Positions 56,543-64,000 of a DNA stretch of 64,000 nt are shown here, in pieces (within the stretch, counting starts at the first letter, position 1; the number at the start of each line of letters is the position of its first letter). The position numbers and the translations under genes were made by a program. The notes beneath the pieces were generated by a model that made no database searches, was not told where the DNA came from, and saw only the letters and a list, made by a program, of their open reading frames with translations. Source of the stretch: Candidatus Zhuqueibacterota bacterium (lineage in GTDB: Bacteria; Electryoneota; RPQS01); contig JACRMR010000020.1 in the NCBI GenBank assembly GCA_016214895.1, positions 41,812 through 105,811 of the forward strand, given 5' to 3'.

Positions 56543-56565
56543 GTTCAACGTTAAATAGTTTGAAC
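56543..56565 (+). promoter_or_regulatory. Inverted repeat GTTCAA-N11-TTGAAC immediately upstream (about 10 nt) of the marR-family gene; candidate autoregulatory operator
   Basis: Perfect 6-bp arms read directly, embedded in an AT-rich stretch (ttatatcattataaataaaatatt). Confidence 0.3.
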
Positions 56566-56575
56566 CCAAACGAAT

Positions 56576-57055
56576 ATGTCCTCTCATTTCAAAGGCCCGG
56601 AGCGGGAGCGGCTTGCCCTCGACTCTTTTGTTAAGCTGATGCGCGCGTCGTCGTCGCTGTCCGGGACCATGGTCCGCCAGATCCGGGCACACGGGCTAAC
56701 CGAACCTCAATTTGCGGTGCTGGAAGTAGTTTACCACGTCGGTCCGCTCCATCAGCACTTGATCTCGGAGAAGTTGCTGATGTCGGGCGGCAACCTCTCG
56801 CTGGTGATCGATAATCTGGAAAAGCAGCACCTCATCATTCGCCGCACGAATCCGGCGGATCGCCGTTGCACGAAGATCCACCTCACCGACGCGGGGCGGC
56901 AATGGATGGCGGACTACTTTCCGGAGCACGCCGCGTTCATCACTCAGCAAATGGCGGCGCTGACGCCGGAAGAGCAACGCCTGCTCGGACTTCTTTGTCG
57001 CAAGCTCGGACTGGCCGCCGCCGCCCTGAGCTCAGAAACTCCACGCGAAACATGA
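56576..57055 (+). CDS. MarR-family transcriptional regulator
   Basis: Winged-HTH pattern (LTEPQFAVLEVVYHVGPLHQHLISEKLLMSGGNLSLVIDNLEKQHLIIRRTNPADRRCTKIHLTDAG). Confidence 0.75.
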   Translation: MSSHFKGPERERLALDSFVKLMRASSSLSGTMVRQIRAHGLTEPQFAVLEVVYHVGPLHQHLISEKLLMSGGNLSLVIDNLEKQHLIIRRTNPADRRCTKIHLTDAGRQWMADYFPEHAAFITQQMAALTPEEQRLLGLLCRKLGLAAAALSSETPRET

Positions 57056-57092
57056 TCTCAACCACCATATCCTCATACTCGGAGATTCACCC

Positions 57093-57686
57093 ATGATCCG
57101 GAATGTCATTTTCAGCCTGACCGCTATTTCAGCCCTGTCCCTCGCGGCCTTCGCCGGCAGCTGGGACGTCGATCAGGCTCACTCCAAAGTCGGCTTCACC
57201 GTCACGCACATGGTGATCTCGACAGTCGATGGTAACTTCGGAATGTACACCGCCAGCGTAAGCTACGATGAGCAGTACCCATCGAGCCTCGCGTTCGAGG
57301 CCGCGATCGACGCGTCCTCGGTCAACACGAACAACGAGAAGCGCGACGGTCACCTCAAGTCGCCGGACTTCTTTGATGTCGCCAACTCGCCCACGATCAC
57401 TTTCAAGTCCACCAAGACCGAAGTCGTCAGTCCGGGGAAGTTTAAGGTAACAGGTGATCTCACGATGCGTGGCGTGACCAAGTCCGTTGTGCTGGATCTC
57501 AGCGGCCTCGACAAGATTATCGACACACCGTGGGGCACGCGCAAGACCGCGGCCGTCGCGACCGGCGAAATCAACCGTCACGACTTCAACCTGAAGTGGG
57601 ACAACGCGTTGCCCGGCGGCGATCTCATCGTCAGCGAAAAGGTGAAATTGAATATCGTCGTCGAACTCGATCAGAAGAAAGAGTAG
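57093..57686 (+). CDS. YceI-like periplasmic polyisoprenoid/lipid-binding protein
   Basis: Signal peptide. WDVDQAHSKVGFTVTHMVISTVDGNF is the YceI signature region. Confidence 0.8.
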   Translation: MIRNVIFSLTAISALSLAAFAGSWDVDQAHSKVGFTVTHMVISTVDGNFGMYTASVSYDEQYPSSLAFEAAIDASSVNTNNEKRDGHLKSPDFFDVANSPTITFKSTKTEVVSPGKFKVTGDLTMRGVTKSVVLDLSGLDKIIDTPWGTRKTAAVATGEINRHDFNLKWDNALPGGDLIVSEKVKLNIVVELDQKKE

Positions 57687-57710
57687 TCTTCTCGTCACGA
57701 TCAATCCGGG

Positions 57711-57741
57711 GCGGGACTCAGCGTCCCGCTCATTTTTTTTC
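57711..57741 (+). terminator. Rho-independent terminator (stem gcgggac/gtcccgc, loop tcagc, then T8)
   Basis: GC stem followed by cattttttttc about 25 nt after the YceI stop. Confidence 0.65.
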
Positions 57742-57751
57742 AGGAACCATC

Positions 57752-58807
57752 ATGTCGATCACCGGCCTGCACCACATCACACTCGTCTGTTCCGCTGCCG
57801 CCAGGACGCTGGACTTCTACACTCGCGTGCTCGGTTTGCGCACGATCAAATTGACCGTGAATTTCGATGATCCCGCCAGCTATCATCTTTATTTCGGCAA
57901 CTCCACGGCCGATCCCGGTTCCGCCATCACCTTCTTCGAGTGGCCGCAGGCTCCGCAGGGCCGGCCCGGAATCGGCGGCACCCATCACTTCGCCCTCACG
58001 GTCGCGAGCTACCAGTCGTTATTGAAGTGGAAGCGCTACCTGAACGATCTCGGAATTCGCACGCGCGGCCCGTCTGACCACTTCTATTTTCGCTCACTCT
58101 ATTTCCGTGATCCCGACGGCGTGCGCATCGAGCTGGCGACCACCGATCCCGGTCTGCTCATCGACGAACCCGCGGACCAGCTTGGTACGCACGATTTTCG
58201 CGGCGCCTTGTCACCGGTCCCGGACCTCGCCACTGAATCATGGGCGGATCCCGTACCACAGATTACCGCTGACATGTTGCTCACCCGCGGCTTGCATCAT
58301 ATCAGCGCCTACTCCTCCGATCTCAAAGCCACGGATCATTTCTATCGGGTCCTGCTCGGCCTGCATCGCCTGAAGCGGACTGCGGATCGTGACGGGTCCG
58401 GTCTCGCCCACTGGTTCTGGGGAGACTCGTCCGGCACGCCCGGCACGCTGATCTCTTATTTCGAACAAGACCCCGCCACCGTCAAGCGCGCGCAAATCGG
58501 CATCGGCCAGACCCATCATTTCGCGCTCGGGGTTCCGGACGAAGCCGCCCAGCTGGTCTGGCGACGACGGCTGATCGAGGCCGGACATTCGGTATCGCCC
58601 GTCATGGATCGCGTGTATTTCAAGAGTATCTATACCCACGATCCTGACGGACACATCGTGGAGCTCGCCACCATGGGACCCGGCTTCGCCGTTGACGAAC
58701 CGCTGGAATCTCTCGGTCAATCACTCAAGCTCCCGCCGTGGCTCGAATCGAAGCGCAACCGGATTGAGTCGGTCCTGCGCCCGTTGACTCGCGAGCACGC
58801 CCGATGA
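57752..58807 (+). CDS. Two-domain VOC/glyoxalase-family ring-cleaving dioxygenase (MhqO/YfiE-like)
   Basis: Internal Met MSITGLHHITLVCS. Two VOC units, each with GLHHI.../...THHFAL and ...PDG..IEL motifs. Confidence 0.7.
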   Translation: MSITGLHHITLVCSAAARTLDFYTRVLGLRTIKLTVNFDDPASYHLYFGNSTADPGSAITFFEWPQAPQGRPGIGGTHHFALTVASYQSLLKWKRYLNDLGIRTRGPSDHFYFRSLYFRDPDGVRIELATTDPGLLIDEPADQLGTHDFRGALSPVPDLATESWADPVPQITADMLLTRGLHHISAYSSDLKATDHFYRVLLGLHRLKRTADRDGSGLAHWFWGDSSGTPGTLISYFEQDPATVKRAQIGIGQTHHFALGVPDEAAQLVWRRRLIEAGHSVSPVMDRVYFKSIYTHDPDGHIVELATMGPGFAVDEPLESLGQSLKLPPWLESKRNRIESVLRPLTREHAR

Positions 58808-59463
58808 TGAGCAAGCTCACGCTCGAAACCGATGTGCATCGGCACCAACCGCTGCTGACCTCGGGCGACCCGCTCGCCTCAGCCCGGAGCGCCATGCTGC
58901 TCCTGCACGGTCGTGGTTCCGATGCGCATGATATCATGGGCCTCGCCGCGGAGCTTTCCACAGCCGGCATGGCCTATCTCGCGCCTCAGGCCGCGAATAA
59001 CACGTGGTATTCCTACGGCTTTCTCCAGCCGCAATCGCGCAATGAGCCCGCGCTCAGTTCCGCGATCGCGCGGGTCCGCGGCTTGCTCGACTCCGCACGG
59101 GAACAAGGCATTCCGACGCAGCGCACCTTCCTCGCCGGGTTTTCGCAAGGCGCCTGTCTCGCGCTCGAGACCGCCGCGCGCGCCGGCTTGCAACTCGGTG
59201 GCGTGTTTGCCTTCTCGGGCGGACTGATCGGTTCGGAACTTGATGTCGCCTTGTATTCAGCCGGGCTGACCGGTACCCCGGTATTCATCGGCTGCGACGA
59301 GCGCGATCCACACATCCCTGCATCCCGCGTTCGCGCCTCCGGTGAACTGTTGACGACACTGGGCGCAACCGTCACCGTGCGCTTGTATTCTGATCTGGGC
59401 CACTCAATCAATCGAGACGAAATCGCAGCCGCGCGCGCCATCCTGCGGACCGCGCTTGTTTAG
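58804..59463 (+). CDS. Phospholipase/carboxylesterase-family alpha/beta hydrolase
   Basis: LLLHGRGSDAHD and the nucleophile elbow GFSQGA; 219 aa. Confidence 0.7.
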   Translation: MMSKLTLETDVHRHQPLLTSGDPLASARSAMLLLHGRGSDAHDIMGLAAELSTAGMAYLAPQAANNTWYSYGFLQPQSRNEPALSSAIARVRGLLDSAREQGIPTQRTFLAGFSQGACLALETAARAGLQLGGVFAFSGGLIGSELDVALYSAGLTGTPVFIGCDERDPHIPASRVRASGELLTTLGATVTVRLYSDLGHSINRDEIAAARAILRTALV

Positions 59464-59555
59464 GTAGCTGAAGGCAGTGCGACGCCGCTACGCATTTCTT
59501 TCGTGGCCCCTCAATCCGCGGTTGCAGATCGTACGCGGATTCGTATATTGGAACT

Positions 59556-60482
59556 ATGCGTATCCTGCTCGCCTATTCCGCGCTATGTCTGATCTGGGGC
59601 ACGACCTATCTTGCGCTCAAAGTTGCGCTGGAAGGCTTCGCGCCCTACTTTATGGGCGGCACGCGATTCCTGCTGGCCGGAATTCTGCTCCTGCCCTCGC
59701 TCTTTCGCCGGCAGGCGACGATGCCGGAGGATCGTCGCCAGTTGGGGTTGATCGCACTCAGCGGTCTGCTCATGCTCACGGGTGCGAACGGCCTCGTCAA
59801 CCTCTCCGAAGTCTATCTCGACTCCGGTCTGACTGCGCTCACCGTATCGACGGCACCCGTCTGGTCGGCATTGATTGGCGGCTGGTTCTTCTCGAAGGAC
59901 GAGCGCTTTGACAGATGGTCTGCGGTCGGCTGCGGCCTCGCCGTGCTTGGCATGGTCGTTCTGCATCACCATCGCCTGAATCCTGAGCACGTGGAATGGC
60001 CGGGCGTGATCGCGGCTTGCGCCGCGCCGGTATTCTGGTCGGTCGGATCATTGATCGCGCGCACGAAAGTCAAGACTCGCGATTTCCTCGTGGCCACGAC
60101 AATTCAGATGTTCGCGGCGTCCGTCGGCTTCTTCCTGATTTCGTTGCTGCTCGGCGAGTCGTGGCATCCGCAATTAACCGCGCGCGTAGTCAGCTCGATG
60201 CTCTACCTGATCGTCGTCGGTTCCGTCGTCGCCTATGCCACGTACGTGTGGCTGCTGAATCATCTCCCCGCCTCCCGCGTCGGCACCTACGCATATGTGA
60301 ATCCCATCATCGCCTTGATTGTCGGGCATCTGATTCTCAGCGAACCGATTCACAGCGAAGTTTATCCCGCGTCCCTGCTCATTCTCGGCGGTCTTGTGCT
60401 GATGTACTATATGCACACTCGCATCTCCGCCCGCGCTGCCGAAGGCTTTCGCCGAGCGGGGACTGCCTCCCCGCCGGAATGA
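59556..60482 (+). CDS. EamA/DMT-superfamily transporter
   Basis: Ten TM helices, two EamA repeats; typical N-terminus ...CLIWGTTYLALKVAL. Confidence 0.75.
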   Translation: MRILLAYSALCLIWGTTYLALKVALEGFAPYFMGGTRFLLAGILLLPSLFRRQATMPEDRRQLGLIALSGLLMLTGANGLVNLSEVYLDSGLTALTVSTAPVWSALIGGWFFSKDERFDRWSAVGCGLAVLGMVVLHHHRLNPEHVEWPGVIAACAAPVFWSVGSLIARTKVKTRDFLVATTIQMFAASVGFFLISLLLGESWHPQLTARVVSSMLYLIVVGSVVAYATYVWLLNHLPASRVGTYAYVNPIIALIVGHLILSEPIHSEVYPASLLILGGLVLMYYMHTRISARAAEGFRRAGTASPPE

Positions 60483-60583
60483 TACGTCCGCAGCGGCGTA
60501 TTTCCGGAGTGCTCCGACTTCGCCGAGCGAGGACTGCCTCCCTGCCGGAATCTGTCGCTGGGAGGCACTTGTCTCCATGTGCC
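60450..60583 (+). repeat. REP-like structured repeat, second locus: two ~31-nt units (CGCCGAGCGRGGACTGCCTCCCYGCCGGAAT) plus a hairpin (ggcacttg-tctcc-atgtgcc)
   Basis: Copies at about 60450-60480 (overlapping the last 11 codons of the EamA gene) and about 60521-60551; hairpin at about 60564-60583. Copy 3's internal stem (cgggga...tccccg) differs from copy 1 (caggga...tccctg) by compensatory changes. Confidence 0.5.
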
Positions 60584-60596
60584 CCCTGTTCTGCGA

Positions 60597-62003
60597 TCAC
60601 CCTGAGTGCCGTATCTGCTTGATTGCCTGCACGCACAGCGCCGCTCCCATCCCCACGAACGGCAGATAGAACGGAACCACTGGCAAGCGGAACCGCGCCA
60701 ACCCGCCCACGCCCACAATCAGCATGAAGTAGAGCGCGAACACCGCACACATTGTCAATACACGCGGCAGCCGACTCGCTCGTGTCTCCCAACAACCGCG
60801 AAGCGCCGCCGCGTAGCTGACGAATAGAAACAGCGCGGTGATCAGCGCGGCCAGTAACTCGGCCGCGCTTTTCTGTGTGCAGAACGCGGCAAGCTTGTTT
60901 CCCATCCCGTGCAAATCCCGCAGCGAAGTCACCGGCAGCCCGAACGATTTCACCAGATCGGCGGTCCCCAGATTCAGAAACGTGAACACCACGCCCTTCC
61001 CGTAAGCCGCCGCCATCGTCGCAGGCTCCCGCTGAACGTGGGTCAGTGCCGTGCGCTTCCAGTACTCCGCACGTTGAAATTCACTCAGCGTGGCGGGATC
61101 GTCGCCCGCGCTCAGCGCCAGCGAATCCACTTCCGCCATGAGGAGCCGCACCATCGTATCAAAATCCACGCCGCGCTTCGCCGCCTCAACCGGCGCGACG
61201 TTCAGCACCAGCAGATTATACGCGCCGGATGTGGAGAGCGCAAACTCACCGAACTGCTGCTGATTCCTCGCCAACCACGGCAGCAGGGCAATCAGAACAC
61301 CGCCGCACAGCACCGCGCACACAACGAGTCCGCGCCGCAACTCGCGCCGCAACAACACGAGCAGCGCGCCGCCGACCAGAATCGGCAAGTACTGGCCCAC
61401 CGGGCGAATCAAGGTGTCAACTCCAAGTGCCAGCCCCAGCAGCAGCGCATCGCGCCGGCGATAACCGCCGTCGATCAGTTCGACCGTCAGCCACAGTGCA
61501 ACCACCAGCACAAACACAAACAGTGTATCGCTGAGCAGCAGCGTACCGTACAGCAGCAGATGCGGATCCAGCGCGTAGAACCACGCCGACCAGGTCGCCG
61601 CCGCATCGCCGATCACTCGCCGCAGCGACCGGAACAACAGCGCACACGCGATGGCATCCAACAGCAGTTGCGCGAGCATCGCTGCCCAAGGCCGCTCGCC
61701 GGCGATTGCATAAATTCCGGCGACAAACAGCGGGTATCCCGGTGTGCGCAATGCATCCGGCTCCCGTTCAATTCCGCGCGTAAACTTACCGTGTGCCAGC
61801 AACGTGACCGCCAAATCGTGATAGCCGGGCGAATCGTTGTTGAGATCGAGCTGCTGCTTGGTTGTCAGGGTCCACGGATGCACCGCCACAAAGAACAGCA
61901 GTCGCGCCGCCAGGGCCACACAAAGGATGGTGAGCACAGCGCGAGTCGTCGATTGGGTAAGCGGGGTCGGTATCATCTCGCGGACAAGATACGCAAATCT
62001 CAT
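60597..62003 (-). CDS. Polytopic membrane glycosyltransferase, GT39/GT83 (PMT/ArnT-like) family
   Basis: About 12 TM helices. N-terminal loop motif region (DSPGYHDLAVTLL..., RTPGYPLF) resembles PMT/ArnT family N-termini. Start placed at the first ATG (MRFAYLV). Confidence 0.45.
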   Translation of the reverse strand: MRFAYLVREMIPTPLTQSTTRAVLTILCVALAARLLFFVAVHPWTLTTKQQLDLNNDSPGYHDLAVTLLAHGKFTRGIEREPDALRTPGYPLFVAGIYAIAGERPWAAMLAQLLLDAIACALLFRSLRRVIGDAAATWSAWFYALDPHLLLYGTLLLSDTLFVFVLVVALWLTVELIDGGYRRRDALLLGLALGVDTLIRPVGQYLPILVGGALLVLLRRELRRGLVVCAVLCGGVLIALLPWLARNQQQFGEFALSTSGAYNLLVLNVAPVEAAKRGVDFDTMVRLLMAEVDSLALSAGDDPATLSEFQRAEYWKRTALTHVQREPATMAAAYGKGVVFTFLNLGTADLVKSFGLPVTSLRDLHGMGNKLAAFCTQKSAAELLAALITALFLFVSYAAALRGCWETRASRLPRVLTMCAVFALYFMLIVGVGGLARFRLPVVPFYLPFVGMGAALCVQAIKQIRHSG

Positions 62004-62072
62004 TGAAAATTCAACAGCAGAGACCCGCGGCAAGCGCGGGTCTCTGGAGTCATTTGCGCGGTCTGGAGGCGA

Positions 62073-63062
62073 TTACGGCTGATACGCCGTCACCGTGTAA
62101 AAGCCCGTCGCCATCGGCGCGGACGCATCCACGTAGGTCGAGTCCATGGTCGTCGTGATCAGATTGGAGGGGATGACTTGGACGTCTGGAGTAGGGGCGC
62201 GATATACCCGATATTCCGTCGCACCCGTAATCCCGTGCCACCGCAGCCGCGCCCCGGCCGCCGAGTAGTACACGTTCAAGTGTTGCGGCGCGGCGGGCGG
62301 CGTCCCCATCGTGAATCGCCACACCGGGCCGGGCGTCACACCGGACGCATTGCGTTCGTCGATCCGCCAGAAGTACGTGGTCGTCGGCGCCAGCGCATCC
62401 GGCGGATCCCACGTCGTCCCCGTTTGATTGGTCACCAGCGCCGGTGGATTGCTCGCGCCGAAATACACGTCGTGCGATTCCGCGCCTGCGCCCGCAGTCC
62501 AACTCAGGATAATCGGCTCACCGAGATTCGTCGCAAGATCGGTGGGGAGCGGATTAGACGCCGGATCGGGCAAGTTACTCGCGGCCTCACTCGAGATCAA
62601 CACCAGCGTGGTATTCTGGCCGCTGTAGCTGCCTTGCAGTGCGCCGCAGTAAAGTCGCACCGTGCCCGTTCCGGTAGCCGGTGCCTGCCAATTGAACGTG
62701 CCCGACGTGCGGTTGTTGCTCGAAAAGTGCACGCCGTTCGTCTCGCCGGACACATTGTACGTGGAAGTACTCGTACCCGCGGTGATCACTCCCGCATTGT
62801 TGGTCCCGGTTCCAATTCTGCAGGACGCGTTGAAATTCGAAATACTCGAACCGGACAATCGTTCGATGGTGAGCAAATAGCTCTGTCCCGGTACGTAGGC
62901 CGCGGGAAATCCGGAAATCTGCACGGTTCCACTACCACCGCCATGACAGGATGCGGCGCACGTCTGCCGACTTGGAGCGCCGGAGCGGCCGGTATAGTTT
63001 GCGTGCGAATAGCCGTCCGTAAAGAACAGACCCAGGGTCAAGCAGACGATGAAGACTCGCAT
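62073..63062 (-). CDS. Secreted Ser/Thr/Gly-rich protein with two FN3-like C-terminal domains; contains a CAASCH (CX3CH) motif
   Basis: Signal-like MRVFIVCLTLGLFFT from the internal Met. FN3-like segments (TTYFWRIDERNASG...; EYRVYRAP...). Confidence 0.4.
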   Translation of the reverse strand: MRVFIVCLTLGLFFTDGYSHANYTGRSGAPSRQTCAASCHGGGSGTVQISGFPAAYVPGQSYLLTIERLSGSSISNFNASCRIGTGTNNAGVITAGTSTSTYNVSGETNGVHFSSNNRTSGTFNWQAPATGTGTVRLYCGALQGSYSGQNTTLVLISSEAASNLPDPASNPLPTDLATNLGEPIILSWTAGAGAESHDVYFGASNPPALVTNQTGTTWDPPDALAPTTTYFWRIDERNASGVTPGPVWRFTMGTPPAAPQHLNVYYSAAGARLRWHGITGATEYRVYRAPTPDVQVIPSNLITTTMDSTYVDASAPMATGFYTVTAYQP

Positions 63063-63546
63063 ATCCGGTGGCGGTGACGTAGTTGTCGGATGCCATCCGC
63101 ATCCGTTCGGCGGTTCGGGCGATGCAGCATCATCCGCCGCAATCCCGTAATAAGGAAGATAATCATTCTGATTCATGAATCAAGCGCAGGATCTGACGGT
63201 TTCGACACTGCGCGCAGGCTCGACATTGCACTATTCTTCACAAAATCAGTAATTCGGACAAAGCGAGTCCGGTTTGGGTTAGGTGCGAAATAAGCACTCC
63301 TGCACGGTATTGGCCTCCTCCGCCCCGTGATTCCAAGCGGGTCGAGCGGGCGCCTCATGTCCTACGGGTGGGCACCGGCAGCACCGAATCTCCGGCAAGC
63401 GCAAGCCTTCTGGGACGTCTTCTTCCAATGGCAGCGCGTCAAATTCAAACTATTCGCGTCACACCCCTTGACAAGCTCAGTTTTTTTCTACTACTACTAG
63501 TCCCCGTCCGATAACATGGTATGACTAACCCAAAGGGAGTTAAACC

Positions 63547-64000
63547 ATGAAGAACACTCATCTTGTCTTCGCGCGATTAGCGTTCGCCGTAATCGGAGTT
63601 GGTGCAATCCTCATCACCGAGGACGCTCGCGCACAGGGCTGCGGCTTTACCGCCGAACTTGCGGACTGCTTCTGCTCCGCTATCGCCGGCTGTCCAACAA
63701 ACGACGACAGCTGCGCGTCCAAACAATTCACACCGCCATGCACGGGCATGTACACACTGGCGGGATTGATTGACTGTGCTGATGACGATTGCGAGGACTA
63801 CAACTTCTGCATCAGTATCTACAACGGCGCAACGCCGGTCTATTCATGCGTGGTGGGACCGACTTGCGATTGTGCCGAGACCTGCGGCGGCGGCGTAGGT
63901 CAAGTCTGCTTGACCGGAAACACAAGGTATTCACTTTACGTCTGCCTGACTCCATGTGACATTAGTGGCCAATGTCCTCCGAGTTCAGGGGAGTGTTGTG
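63547..64000 (+). CDS. Cys-rich secreted protein (3' partial; runs off the window end)
   Basis: ATG with signal peptide MKNTHLVFARLAFAVIGVGAILI; about 20 Cys in the first 150 aa (CGFTAELADCFCSAIAGCPTNDDSCASK...); no stop before nt 64000. Confidence 0.4.
   Translation, partial: MKNTHLVFARLAFAVIGVGAILITEDARAQGCGFTAELADCFCSAIAGCPTNDDSCASKQFTPPCTGMYTLAGLIDCADDDCEDYNFCISIYNGATPVYSCVVGPTCDCAETCGGGVGQVCLTGNTRYSLYVCLTPCDISGQCPPSSGECC

Overview
This is a high-GC (about 63-66%) bacterial chromosomal segment, densely coding, with no rRNA, tRNA, CRISPR, integrase or transposase that I can recognise. Four proteins end in a Por/T9SS-type C-terminal sorting domain (YPNPFNP...YFYRL-like). That, together with a complete Tol-Pal cluster and SpmA/SpmB, points by inference to an FCB-superphylum-like, possibly Gemmatimonadota-like, lineage. 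I cannot confirm the taxon from sequence alone.

Housekeeping content:
- argF, eno-ftsB, tolQ-tolR-tolA-tolB-pal-cpoB, erpA, lipA.
- A tight minus-strand cluster nfu-ccsB-ccsA-dxs-ispH, with ispG about 6 kb away.
- ettA, a MarR-YceI-VOC dioxygenase-carboxylesterase cluster, and S9 and M14 peptidases.

The most unusual content:
- A pair of giant, divergently transcribed T9SS cargo genes: a 2439-aa mosaic adhesin-like protein and a 1722-aa C25 gingipain-like peptidase. They share an uncharacterised Cys-containing module of about 170 aa, present three times in the first and once in the second.
- A roughly 1.9-kb low-GC islet (about 45-48% GC) carrying a DinD-like gene and a CBS-pair protein with an HEPN-like Rx4H C-terminus.
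- A family of structured REP-like intergenic repeats, about 30 nt plus a hairpin, with compensatory stem changes.
- An 11-copy heptanucleotide tandem repeat directly upstream of ettA.
- A basic, repeat-rich protein with a SWIB/MDM2-like motif.

Many long antisense ORFs in the track are GC-driven shadows of the real genes and are rejected. Most coordinates come from the ORF track. Motif coordinates read by eye may be off by 1-2 nt.
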